DNA of 32,000 nt, taken from Wolbachia endosymbiont of Drosophila innubila (GTDB taxonomy: Bacteria; Pseudomonadota; Alphaproteobacteria; Rickettsiales; Anaplasmataceae). Below are positions 16,735 through 26,676 of the stretch, piece by piece. Each line of letters starts with the position of its first letter. The stretch's first letter is position 1. The notes below the pieces were generated by a model. It ran no database searches. It saw only the letters and a program-made list of their open reading frames with translations, and was not told where the DNA came from. The position numbers and the translations under genes are program-made. Location of the stretch: NCBI RefSeq assembly GCF_021378375.1, contig NZ_CP076228.1, positions 600,001 to 632,000 on the forward strand. Reading direction: 5' to 3'.

Positions 16735-17730
16735 TTATGCTAGATTCAAAGAAGACTGAATAGGCTGCTCCACACTTTCCACTTTTTCTAGCTTCGTGCT
16801 GGGCTTTAGCACATTATACAACGCAAAGCTCAGACACACCAATCCAGCTATTCCCACAACCGCTGCTATTACAGGCATTTTCATGATATACAATGCAACA
16901 CCGCTTGCCAATAACACTGCACCAACAACACCAGCTACAATTGGTTGAATTGCCTTTTTTGATGATTTTTCGTCTACAGAATTTCCTTTACTATCAAAAT
17001 ATAGTTCAGTTGGAGATGGGATATCAGGCTCTTCTTCTGTTAAAGCATTTTGAGCTTTCTCACTGGTTTCAAATATTAGCTCGCTATCTTTATTAATATC
17101 TCCACGCAATTGAGCTGTAGCTTTACTTTCCCATGTTAAATTATCTGTCAACTTCTCTCTTGATTCTGTATCAGTTTTGATTAATTTTCTTTTATGCTTT
17201 ATTTCTGTTAATGATTTTCCGTTCTCAGCACTTCTAGATTTGCTATGAGAGCACGATTGCGTTTGATCTCTTTTCACAACTTCAGTAAAAGTGGTTGTAG
17301 AAATACTGGAACTTTGTGTCTGATCTATATCATCTTTTGTTAAAATATTTTTAGCTTCTTCACTGCTTGCAAGCATAGGTTCATGTATTTCAAGATCTTC
17401 ACAGTCTTTATTGATATCTTCACAGCTAGTTTCAGCATTACCACTTACAGGTTTAACTTCTATATTAAGACTTTCTTTAAATTCCTTGAGAGTTGCTACA
17501 ATTTCTTTACAATTTTGTTTATTAGCATAATCAATTAGTGTATAGCTTATCTTCTGGCTATTTGCTTTTTCTTTTATCATTTTCTGGTCGAGGATTTCTT
17601 TCAAAATACCGTTTTCTTTAGAAACTTCTAAAACTGCCCTAACAGCTTTGCTATTTCTGAAATACAGTATGCTAGTACCGTGTAGGTTGTTTTTTTGAAC
17701 ACCCAGAATTTCTCCGGTTAAATTCGTCAT
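16735..17730 (-). CDS. Protein with degenerate ankyrin-like N-terminus, acidic/Ser-rich middle and two C-terminal transmembrane helices
   Basis: ORF-track 331 aa. The C-terminus AIQPIVAGVVGAVLLASGVALYIMKMPVIAAVVGIAGLVCLSFALYNVL gives two adjacent hydrophobic helices. Upstream sequence (17731-~18060) translates to decayed ankyrin-like fragments, so the N-terminus may be truncated. Confidence 0.65.
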   Translation of the reverse strand: MTNLTGEILGVQKNNLHGTSILYFRNSKAVRAVLEVSKENGILKEILDQKMIKEKANSQKISYTLIDYANKQNCKEIVATLKEFKESLNIEVKPVSGNAETSCEDINKDCEDLEIHEPMLASSEEAKNILTKDDIDQTQSSSISTTTFTEVVKRDQTQSCSHSKSRSAENGKSLTEIKHKRKLIKTDTESREKLTDNLTWESKATAQLRGDINKDSELIFETSEKAQNALTEEEPDIPSPTELYFDSKGNSVDEKSSKKAIQPIVAGVVGAVLLASGVALYIMKMPVIAAVVGIAGLVCLSFALYNVLKPSTKLEKVESVEQPIQSSLNLA

Positions 17731-18127
17731 TCAGAAGATCTTTTAAAATTTTTCGTTTTGCTGCTTCTTGTAAAACGTCTCAAAAGCTTGATTATTCTTA
17801 GAGATATAGCATAACACGGTAGCGTAAATACTCCCTTCCTCCCTTCTTCACTATAAAAGGTATTTTTGTTGTTAAAATTTTCTGTAATGTATCATCATTA
17901 AATTTTCAGCAATGCTATTCTCATTTTCGTCCTTCTCCAGAACATAAAGGACTTTTTTCCCTAGATTTTCTATTTCTTGCTTCAGGTATCAAACTTACCT
18001 TTCTCTTTTTCTGTTAATCCACATAATTTATCAGTACGCTCTTTTTCTTTACTGGCATAGTATTTCCCTTCGTATAATGTTTGTTTTATAAGTTAGTTGC
18101 GTTAATAACGTATTAATTGTGTGATTT

Positions 18128-19372
18128 TTAAGACGCTAATTTGTAAAATTTTTCCATTTGCTCACTCCATAGCATCGGTATTTCCCTTAAATCAACTAAC
18201 CGCAAATTACTCGGTTGTCTCCCATTTACTATGTCTTCTTTGATCTTTGGTGCTAAATAATTTAATCTTAAAATTTGTTGTATACGTCTTGTACCTATAT
18301 TAATTTTAATGCTCAGCTCTTTCACACTTCTATATTTTCCTTCCTCTAGTTGACGTTTCCAAAGATGGGCTCTTACCACTGCTTTCAGTAGCGCATTGTT
18401 TGTTTTCCTTCTGGCTCCCACTACTGTGCATTTGTTCCTTTCTTCTTTAAATTCATTGGTATAAATTTTTCCTCTGACTCAGAACACACCTCATTCCATC
18501 TTCTCTTACCCACACTGTTTTTTATTAATTTCTTCACTGCTTCTTTCTGTTTTCCAAAACTTAAATTTTTCCATTTTTCTTTTTTTTGCCTTTTTCCCAA
18601 TTCTCATATAAGCATTCCGCTCTCTTCATTACTTCTTTTTTCCACTTCTCCGGCTACTACTGTTCGGTTCATCGACTTGCAACCTTTTCCTCTGAAATGG
18701 TTATGCATATATAATATCGATACCTTTTATTTTCTTTTTTTTGAGGTAATAATCAGCGTCATGTTTGCTTTGCAGCATCTGCATCTTATCATCCCCTTTA
18801 GTAGCGCCTCTTCATATTTTTACACTTCGATATGATTCGCTGTGTTCTGTGCTTTTGCCATTTCTTCTACTACTATTATTGCCTCATGCTTTCCTTTATA
18901 CTCTTCTCATAATGTATTTTTCCATATATATCAGTTTGTTATTATTCTCCTCACTGTGGCCTTTTAAAAGGTATATACAGTTTGCTTTCGTTCGATATCC
19001 TTCTCTGTTTAACTCTCTGCCAATTCTGCCATTGATCTCAGCTCCATATCTCTCAAATATGCTTTTATTACTTTTGCTTCTTTTCATTTATTATTAATTC
19101 CTTCTCTTTTACATCATACCCTAGTGGCGCATTCCTCCATCCACCAATCCTACATCTTCAAATAATTCCTTTATCGCTGGTCTATTTAAATTACTTCCTG
19201 AATAGCCTCCATCATCATACCTTTTGGCTAATGCTACCCACCCTTCTCGGCTTTTTATATATTTTTTACATGCTACTCGCTGTGCATCAAGACTATTAAA
19301 CTTCTGCTCTAGCCCGTCTTCATTTGATTTTCTCGTATATATCGCACACCTTACCTCTTTTAGCATTCTCAA
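18128..19372 (-). pseudogene. Large serine recombinase (WO-type prophage integrase), multiply frameshifted
   Basis: N-terminal resolvase domain at 19121..19372 (VRCAIYTRKSNEDGLEQKFNSLDAQR...YDDGGYSGSNLNRPAIKELFEDV). Middle fragment at 18896..19087 (IFERYGAEINGRIGRELNREGYRTK). C-terminal fragment at 18128..18421 (ALLKAVVRAHLWKRQLEEGKYRSVKELS...LRLNYLAPKIKEDIVNG). The pieces lie in different frames. Confidence 0.8.
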
Positions 19373-19833
19373 CTTACCTTTTTATCACGCATCCCAAATA
19401 ATAAAGGACCGTTGTAGCTCATTCCCATTATTTTTCCGGCTACCGCTGATAATGACGTAAAAAATTCTTCTCTGTAGATTAAACCCTTATCTGTTACCAT
19501 CACTGCATGCGTTTCTTCACCTCTTTCTAATATCAACTCCGTTCCTACTGCTGGCAGTTTATCGCTACTTATCCTTTTCCCTGTTCTAGCCGATCTGCCA
19601 GGTATTTTTAGTCTTTTTGCTCCTTTTCTTGATATTTCTCCATACGCTTTCTCCTGCAACCTATACGCCAATCTTGGTATCAAATATTTCTTTGAGTTTG
19701 TAGGCGCTTCTTCCACAAAGACCTTCCTCCATATTTTTCTCAGCTCTTCCAACGCTTTTTCTCTAAATTCAATACTTTCTTTTCTATTCCTTCCATCCCT
19801 AGCTTCTGAATTTAAAAAAAAGTTGCGGCTCAT
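19369..19833 (-). CDS. DUF2924-like protein (usual partner of WO serine recombinases)
   Basis: Intact 154-aa ORF whose stop overlaps the recombinase ATG (ATGA at 19369-19372). It contains PRLAYRLQEKAYGEIS...GTELILERGEETHAVMVTDKGLIYREEFFTSLSAVAGKIMGMSYNGPLLFG. Confidence 0.7.
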   Translation of the reverse strand: MSRNFFLNSEARDGRNRKESIEFREKALEELRKIWRKVFVEEAPTNSKKYLIPRLAYRLQEKAYGEISRKGAKRLKIPGRSARTGKRISSDKLPAVGTELILERGEETHAVMVTDKGLIYREEFFTSLSAVAGKIMGMSYNGPLLFGMRDKKVS

Positions 19834-20460
19834 AGCACTTTTTCATCCATAGTTTCTAGCTCTTTCACCTCTTCTTTTGCTACTATCACGCCTGCTGCTG
19901 TACTTTCCGATACAACTCTTATTCTTTCTATAAATTCCCTCTGTTTATTTGCCATTTTTACGTTCTCTAACACTTCTTTTATCTCTTTATTATTTCTCAC
20001 ATAATCCATTGGGGTCTTGCCAAATTTATCTTTTTGTTCCACATTCCCTCCCGCTTTTACTAGCTCTTCTACTATTTTTTATCTCTGCTACCATGCACGC
20101 AAGGTGTAACGCGGCAAATTTGTTACTTCGTTCCACTGCGTTTACATCGACTCCTGCCTTTATCAGCTCTTTTGTATTTTCTAGACGTTGCCCCATCACT
20201 GCTAGGTGTAGTGGTCTATATTTCCCGGCATCTGCTGCATCTACATCTGCTCCCTTTTTGATTAATAATTTCACTTTTTTCGGATCTGGCATTCCCACCG
20301 CGTAATGTAGTATCGTCCTTCCTTTTGTGTCTTTTTTGTTAATATTTTCTATTGAGTTATCTAATACTTCTTTCCACGACTTATTAAATTCTTCTCTTTC
20401 TTTCTTACTAAATTTTACCATAAGTTCCTCAGCTATTAATGCAATATAAAGTGGCTCCAA
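19830..20460 (-). pseudogene. Prophage ankyrin-repeat protein, paralogue A, one frameshift
   Basis: ORF pieces 20026..20460 and 19830..20042. It reads KDTKGRTILHYAV...LIKKGADVDAADAGKYRPLHLAV...LIKAGVDVNA...ALHLAC, then ...KDKFGKTPMDYV...NKQREFIERI. Confidence 0.75.
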
Positions 20461-20681
20461 TTTGGCTCACTTTAGCGCTTAGCAAACTTTGTTTGTTTAC
20501 CAGCTACTTTTTCACTTAGGGCTATTTTGGCATAAAAAGCAAGTTTTTTTTACAAAATATACACATTTTTTCAGCATATTATATTAAGATATAAATCTAT
20601 ATATTTAATCTGTTAAATAATAGCAATTCCTCTCCTGCTGTTGCCAGCTTTTCTCTTCTATTTTTCCATATATTTAGCCTC

Positions 20682-21292
20682 TTATTTCCTCACAAAAAGT
20701 CTGCAAACATCTACAGCCCTTTCCTCCACATCATTTAGCTTCTTTCCACCATTTACCACCTGCTTTTCCGATACCTTACTTATTTTTTCCATTAACTCCC
20801 TCTGTTTGTTCACTATTTTTCCTCCTTTTTTCTTTAATACCTCCCTTGTCTCTTCATCACTTGCGTAATACATTGGGCTAAATCCTGATATACTTACCAG
20901 GTTTATTTCTGCCCCTGCTTTTATTAACTCTTCTACTATCTTTTTTCCACCTACCATACACGCTAGATGTAGTGCCGTATTTCCATCTTCTTCGGTTGCG
21001 TTTATATCTGCTCTGGCTTCTATTAATTCTTTTACGTTTTCCAGACGCATTCAAGCGCTGCTGAGTGCAGTGGTGTATAACCTTCGTTATCTCTTGCATC
21101 TACATCTGCTCCTTCCCATATCAGCCAGTTTACTTTTTCTCGTCGACATTTTGCTGCTCGGTGCAACATTGTTTCACCGTTTTCATTTTTTCTATTTATA
21201 TGCTTTTTAGACAATTTGCCTGCAAGCAACTCTTGAAATAATTCATTAAAATCATCCCTTTCTTCTTGACTAATCCACATGATGTACCTCAC
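20682..21292 (-). pseudogene. Prophage ankyrin-repeat protein, paralogue B, one frameshift
   Basis: ORF pieces 21032..21292 and 20682..21050. It reads NENGETMLHRAA...WEGADVDARDNEGYTPLHSAA, then ...LIEARADINATEEDGNTALHLAC...LIKAGAEINL...NKQRELMEKI. It has the same layout as paralogue A. Confidence 0.75.
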
Positions 21293-21461
21293 TATAAAAC
21301 TTCCTAACTTCTAGCGTTTGGTAAATCTTTTTTGTTTACCTACACCTACCTAATTTATAGCTGTTTTGGCATGAAAAAGCAACTTCTTTTTTTCAAAAAA
21401 CACACATTTTTACCGAATATTAATGTAGTGTATGAAGATATAAGTATATGTATTTAACTCA

Positions 21462-22210
21462 TTAAACATACGACCTGTTTTCTTCCCAACTTCTGTTCAA
21501 ATGTCGATGTTCGTGCCATGTTAGTACACCTGGGTAAAACACTAAAATGTACCTTTCTAACTCATGTATTGAATCCTTTTGCTCTGAATCTAAATCGCTT
21601 TCAAAATGAACATTGTGTTCTGCTAAACCAAATCTTATAACTTTCTGGTTGGTAAAATCTTCTACCTTGTAGTGGTGAGTAACGCTAAACCTTTCTAAAA
21701 CTGGTTTATATTTTAAATTCCACAGTTGTTCAGATAGTTTGCTACTTCCCAATAAAATTTATCCCCTTCCTCTTCTATACTAGTAACCGGAAAACATGCG
21801 TTTATTTCCCCTAAGTTCCAGCTATCTGATAATACTATTTGTGCCTTAGCAAACTTAATTGCCGGTAATAAGCCCTGTGGTAGCGGATATAGCGCTTTGA
21901 AGTTATACCACACATGATTCCTTTCATAAATACCGTTATAGTTCTTAGTATGAGGCTCGGTTTCTCCAAGTATTGCTACATCTAGGCGATATATATCATT
22001 GCTCAAAGCTTGTTCATAATGATTGCGTAGATAGTTCTCTATAATCCTAACAACTGGACCACTAGACCTGAAAAAATTTACTCTCCCAAATGATAACACT
22101 GGTCCATCTTTTTCGATCTTTGTACCAGAGTAGTCTGATAATAAGCTGCCAAAAAAGCTTTCATCTAAAATAAATCTTCCAATATTATAGTGGTCATTGA
22201 AAAGCCTCAT
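21462..22210 (-). pseudogene. Unknown phage-associated protein in the tail-fibre/receptor-binding position, one frameshift
   Basis: ATG 22210 (MRLFNDHYNIGRFILDE...) immediately follows the gpI C-terminus. ORF pieces are 21713..22231 and 21462..21752, with the frame change near 21745. I recognise no family. Confidence 0.45.
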
Positions 22211-22213
22211 TAG

Positions 22214-22613
22214 CCTCGATCTTGCTGGCAATGATAGTTTTTGCTAGTTCTACTACTGCATCCACGAAGAAGTCGTTCGGAACATCTCTTATCCCTACCT
22301 GCAACTCAAAAAAGTGTTTTACCGGGTGGCTCTTCAATGATCGTAATATCTTCTATATTTGCCCACTTTAATGCTATTTTCAGTGAGGCAGGTGTGCCAC
22401 GCAGTCTTTGAAATTTTATTCTTCTCTTATCGCCTTTCCTTTGTCTTTTACCCAACGCAGAATTTCCCCCAATCCATATTCTTCTATTATCCACGGTAGT
22501 ATTTCATCTTTAGAATTAAACTTAAATCCTTTTATCCTGCTTGGATCAACTTTGTAATCGATAGCCTCTACTATGGCTCTTTCTTCTTTTGTGCTATTAG
22601 GTGGAAGTAACAT
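22214..22613 (-). pseudogene. P2 gpI-like tail/baseplate protein, >=2 frameshifts
   Basis: The ATG at 22613 overlaps the gpJ stop (TAATG). It reads MLLPPNSTKEERAIVEAIDYKVDPSRIKGFKFNSKDEILPWIIEEYGLGEILRWV, then in other frames GTPASLKIALKWANIEDITIIEEPPGK and ...FFELQVGIRDVPNDFF...PARSRL. Confidence 0.6.
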
Positions 22614-23374
22614 TAGCTTTTGCCCATTAATTCGATTTCTAGCTTGCCTAAACAAACGCACTCATTCCCCAGTACCACACACACAACATCTTTTCTTGGC
22701 TCTATTAATTCCACGTTTTCTACCCCTTCTACAAATAGATTTGCTATGATCCATGATTTTGTCACCTTCCATCCCAATCTTTTCGTTGCTTCAAATTTTT
22801 CGATAAATTTCTTCTTCACCGTTTCAATAATATCCGGTCTTTTAATGCTAATTTTGCTGTGGATATCTATTTCAATAATATTGCAACCAACTACTGTTAT
22901 CGTATCTGTCAATACCCTTATATCATCCCTGGTGACTCGCTTTCTTACAATATCAAGTAGTTCTTCAGATGCTATGCCATTTGTGGATAACTCCGTGGAT
23001 AAAATCGAGATCTCTACACTCCCTGGCACTTTTTGATTCAACCAGCGCATCCTTTACTCTTCTATCTGCTGAGAGTGCATGATATCGATAATGTTCTTTA
23101 CTTCCTCCAGTTGACCAGCCTTTTATTTTGCCTTGATTCTTTTTCTAAATCGTTCATCTTCTTCTCCATCTTGCCTCTCTGCTCCATAAAACTCAGCTAA
23201 ATTATCAAGTTCTTCCCCTCTTGCAAACTTCAGTAAGTTGCTCCTTGCCGCTTCGTTTATTCTTTCTCTCAGCAAAAGTTCTCGCCATGCTGCTACCTCT
23301 AAAATCTTTATTGCTGGGTCACTTTCTACTAATGCCGTAAAACTTTCATCACGACTTACTAATTCTTCTTTCAT
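22613..23374 (-). pseudogene. Baseplate assembly protein J-like, >=2 frameshifts
   Basis: 23123..23374 reads FTALVESDPAIKILEVAAWRELLLRERINEAARSNLLKFARGEELDNLAEFYGAER. The linker reads KGWSTGGSKEHYRYHALSADRRVKDA in a third frame. 22613..23050 reads GSVEISILS...IASEELLDIVRKRVTRDDIRVLTDTITVVGCNIIEIDI. Confidence 0.75.
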
Positions 23375-23406
23375 CCGGGAAAAATCTCTTCAAAGTTCCT
23401 CCATCT

Positions 23407-23753
23407 CTATACCATAATCCCATCAAATGAATATTTTTCCCATTTGGTAGATAAATACCATCTAATGAAATATTGACCCTTTCCTTCTTTCACTTCTGTA
23501 ATTTTTACTTTTTCTAACTTAAATCTTTGCTCCAACTTTTGTAGAGCTTCTGCTATACTGCTGCATAGATTTCCAAGTTCAATCCTATTAATTGGCTTAT
23601 CTACTAATTCAAATGCGTCTTGACTCATAATCCTTCGCATAACACGTGATCTATCGGCGTGGTCAGTATGTCAACTATCGATTGCTTTAGATGGTTTAAT
23701 CGCTCAATTCGCTTTCCCGTGCTAGCATTCGGCCTCTCATTCTGCAAATACAT
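23407..23753 (-). pseudogene. Baseplate protein W / gp25-like, one 1-bp deletion
   Basis: From ATG 23753: MYLQNERPNASTGKRIERLNHLKQSIVDILTTPI. A shift follows at ~23645 (expected GSRVMRR...). It then reads RRIMSQDAFELVDKPIN...QYFIRWYLS (ORF 23407..23640). Confidence 0.7.
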
Positions 23754-23807
23754 TTTTGCTATCACCCCATCACATGAAACCACACGATACCCAGTCACCT
23801 GCTCTTG

Positions 23808-24225
23808 TTATGCCAATATCATTAACAAATACATATTTGATTCTCCTACTTTCAACGTTATTTTATCCACTACATCTATCTTAAGATGGTTGATTCTTTT
23901 CTTTGCTCATATGATAACTTTGTCCCATCTTGAAATTTTACACTATTTATTTCCTTTTTATTCTCCGGAGGGATATTTCTCCCTGATATAATGACAACTC
24001 TCCATATGGCGATAATACTATTTTGCTCATCAATATTCGGCGCAAACCAACTTCTATCTTCTCCTGCTCTTGCCGTTACCCACGGAAGCCAATCCGTTAA
24101 AAATTCCCCTATTTTTACCCGCACTCTTGCTTTTTCATAATCTACTTCTTTAACTAAACCTATACGAATAATGTTCGCTAACTTCCTATTCAGCTCTGAA
24201 ATTGCAAAAAATTATGCTCTAACAT
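23808..24225 (-). pseudogene. Baseplate assembly protein V-like, frameshifted
   Basis: It reads ML.. (24225), then ISELNRKLANIIRIGLVKEVDYEKARVRVKIGEFLTDWLPWVTARAGEDRSWFAPNIDEQ (includes ORF 23876..24124). Further fragments follow down to a TAA at 23808-23810. Confidence 0.65.
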
Positions 24226-24352
24226 TTTCGCCAACACTTATTGTATGTGGTATGATACCAGTTTCTAACCACATTGATTGACCTGTATGTAGCTCGTGAA
24301 CCCATTCGACCAACCACACCAAATATGCATCCAACTCTGGTTTAAAAATCAT
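24212..24352 (-). CDS. Small 46-codon ORF, translationally coupled between the 112-aa gene and gpV
   Basis: MIFKPELDAYLVWLVEWVHELHTGQSMWLETGIIPHTISVGENVRA. Its ATG overlaps the upstream stop (ATGA at 24349-24352), and its end overlaps the gpV start. It is below the ORF-track size cutoff and I recognise no homology. Confidence 0.25.
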   Translation of the reverse strand: MIFKPELDAYLVWLVEWVHELHTGQSMWLETGIIPHTISVGENVRA

Positions 24353-24687
24353 CCCCCTCCTGCTGATATAAATTCACCTGCTGAAACATTTTCCACGTCC
24401 CAAGTATTCTTATTCACTACCCTTGCAATTTCCGCTGCCAGTGACCTTACCACTACCTGAGAATCCTCAACTGTTCCATCAACTACCACTCTTACCTCAA
24501 ATCTTGCCCTCAACGCTAATTCCTCAGTCCCCGGATCTTTCCCTGGTTCTAAACTTGCAAGCTCTACAAATGCTGCTGGCGCTATTATTTCCCTACGTAT
24601 TGCTGGATACACTTCGCACGTTTGTATTGCTGGGATTTCTTCTTTTAGCGTTTTACAAATCTTCTGATGTAGATCTCTCCAAAACAT
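24349..24687 (-). CDS. Phage structural-module hypothetical protein (112 aa), intact
   Basis: ORF-track ORF located between the gpZ-like and gpV-like genes on the same strand. I recognise no family. Confidence 0.5.
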   Translation of the reverse strand: MFWRDLHQKICKTLKEEIPAIQTCEVYPAIRREIIAPAAFVELASLEPGKDPGTEELALRARFEVRVVVDGTVEDSQVVVRSLAAEIARVVNKNTWDVENVSAGEFISAGGG

Positions 24688-24727
24688 ACGCTCTTAAATA
24701 AAATTAAGTTCATGGTCAAAATACTTC

Positions 24728-25189
24728 TCAAATACTCTCTACTTCATTAGAGACTAACTCTTTCATTGTTTCCCGAGCATGGGTATTTATTTTAATTTCA
24801 TCTATTGGCAAAGACGTGGTATACCTTCGTCTGAAGATTCCTATATGACCATTTTTCATTGTTGCTATAAATGCTCCTTCATACGTACGGCTTCCTACTT
24901 TTGCTCCTATCTTTGTCTGTTTTATACTCCCAAGTTTTGCTACTCCTATCCACTGCGAACTGAGCTTTACTACTGACCATAAGCGCTTTCTATTTGCTTT
25001 ATCCACACTTAACTTTTTTCTCATTGCTTTTTTTGGTATTTGTTTTTCTTCGCTAACTTGTTTGACAGTTTGTGACCTTACCCATAGTGCTGTTTTGTTT
25101 AGTGCCCTCACCGTTGCTTTTTCCACTTTTTTCCTTTCAGCATCTATACTTTGTATAATACTACCGGTGACTTCGATGTTAATACGCAT
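24728..25189 (-). CDS. Minor tail protein Z-like (lambda gpZ family), intact
   Basis: 153-aa ORF: MRINIEVTGS...TVRALNKTALWVRSQTVKQVSEEKQIPKKAMRKKL...GAFIATMKNGHIGIFRR. The call rests on general resemblance and on the position after the capsid genes, as in lambda-like head modules of WO phages. Confidence 0.5.
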   Translation of the reverse strand: MRINIEVTGSIIQSIDAERKKVEKATVRALNKTALWVRSQTVKQVSEEKQIPKKAMRKKLSVDKANRKRLWSVVKLSSQWIGVAKLGSIKQTKIGAKVGSRTYEGAFIATMKNGHIGIFRRRYTTSLPIDEIKINTHARETMKELVSNEVESI

Positions 25190-25332
25190 CTACACCCCTG
25201 ACGCTTGAATTTTCCATAGCATTCCCGAATTGTCCCTAAGTGGTGGTGAATATACTTTGTACTTACGCTTATCAATAATAAAGATATCTCCTTGTATCTT
25301 GTCAAAAGCATCTGATGTTTTAAGCTTAAGCA
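25190..25332 (-). other. 47-codon ORF (MLKLKTSDAFDKIQGDIFIIDKRKYKVYSPPLRDNSGMLWKIQASGV). It may be the C-terminal part of a head-tail joining gene separated from 26728..26988 by the IS, or a separate small gene
   Basis: The open frame ends 1 nt before the gpZ-like ATG. The motif GDIFIID.R.Y.V...... resembles the C-termini of gpFII-type head-tail adaptor proteins. This is weak. Confidence 0.3.
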
Positions 25333-25513
25333 TTAGGTGGAGAAGGGAAGAACTTTGAATATCTCCTTAGATATAAAATCTGTGTGGTAGACAAGAGTTC
25401 CCTTCTCAAAAGTATAGGCTGAACGGTATCGTAGAAAGACCTAAATGGTTATAATTCTGTACCCACAAGGTTAGCCTTACTTTTCATTTTAATAGTAACG
25501 TATGGAGTTATAT

Positions 25514-26484
25514 ATGATCAACAACTTTTGGGTATAGACATATCAAAAAGATCGCTTTGATGTTTCTCTTTCATTCATAAGCAACAAAGGAAAACGTGAA
25601 ACCAGGAAAAGGAGTTTCAAGAATAATGATCATGGGTTTCAAGGTTTACTGAGCTTTCTACAAAAGCATAATGTAGAACAAGTAAAAGCCTGCATGGAAG
25701 CTACTGGTTGTTATAGTGAAGCCTTAGCTGAATTTCTACACAATACTGGACATTTTGTGAGTGTTGTTAATCCAGCTTGTATAAGATTTTATGCAAAAAG
25801 TAAGCTTATACGACAAAAGAATGATCAGACTGATGCAGAGATAATTGCCGATTATTGCCAAAGACAGGAACCTATTCGTTGGGCACCACCTTCTCCTGAG
25901 TTAAAGAAATTAAAAGCATCTTTATCGTTGCTCGGCTGCGTTAAAAGATGAATTGACATTAGTAAATAACCACTTAGAAAAAAAAAAAGAGAGACTGCCT
26001 AAAGAAGTTGCAAATGCTTGGGAAGACCTTGCAATGAACATAAAACAAAAAATAGAAAGAATAAAAAAACTCCTTACGTGAACTATTAAATAAACACAAA
26101 GAATTGTTGGAAAATTTTCAACTTCTATTGACCATTCCAGGAATAGGAGAAGAATCAGCAGTAGCTATTTTGGCTGAAGTTCCTAACATAAAAGCTTTCA
26201 AGGATGCCAGGCAATTGGCAGCATATGCTGGAGCTATACCACGAAATATAACGTCAGGTACGTCTGTACATGCCAAGCCCAGATTAAGTAAATCCGGTTC
26301 ACGAACATTATGTAAGGCAATGTACTTTCCTGCCATAGTAGCTAAGAATCATAATCCTACTATTATGACTTTTTGCAAAAGGTTAAAAGAGAAAGGCAAG
26401 CATAACATGGCCATTGTGGGAGCTGCAATGCGTAAGTTACTCCATATTGTTTTTTGGTGTTTTAAGGTCAAAGAAGGCTTTTGA
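25514..26484 (+). pseudogene. IS110-family (DEDD) transposase, >=3 frameshifts/stops
   Basis: It reads MINNFWV*..., then ACMEATGCYSEALAEFL...VVNPACIRFYAKSKLIRQKNDQTDAEIIADY (25694..25951). After A-rich frameshift zones it reads LLTIPGIGEESAVAILAEVPNIKAFKDARQLAAYAGAIPRNITSGTS...KGKHNMAIVGAAMRKLLHIVF (26104..26484). Confidence 0.8.
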
Positions 26485-26597
26485 TCCAGATCATATCAAA
26501 AACTACAGAGCTAGGAGTTTGGCTGAAAGTTTAGTGCTTTAAAATCAAAAAACGCTCCAATTATGTAAAATAGTATCTTACACAAATTTTGTAACTG

Positions 26598-26676
26598 GTT
26601 AGTGAATATGTTGATAAGTAAATTAATTTTATACGTACAAAAAAGCGGAAATTTACTTATCAACATATTCACTAAC
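26598..26676. repeat. Perfect 26-bp inverted repeat (hairpin) with 27-nt loop in the 3' non-coding end of IS110 copy 1
   Basis: gttagtgaatatgttgataagtaaat (26598-26623) and atttacttatcaacatattcactaac (26651-26676) are exact reverse complements. Confidence 0.95.

Noticed and set aside
20878-21099. Arg/Lys-rich 73-aa minus-strand ORF
   Set aside because: It is an alternative frame of ankyrin paralogue B. The basic composition comes from reading the purine-rich ankyrin codons out of frame.
18765-24701. Plus-strand track ORFs 18765..19097, 19224..19460, 19949..20305, 20641..20868, 22620..23036, 23659..23991 and 24423..24701
   Set aside because: Their translations are L/F/S/P-rich low complexity. 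They lie antisense to recognisable minus-strand recombinase, ankyrin and baseplate genes. The plus strand here is pyrimidine-rich simply because all real genes are on the other strand.
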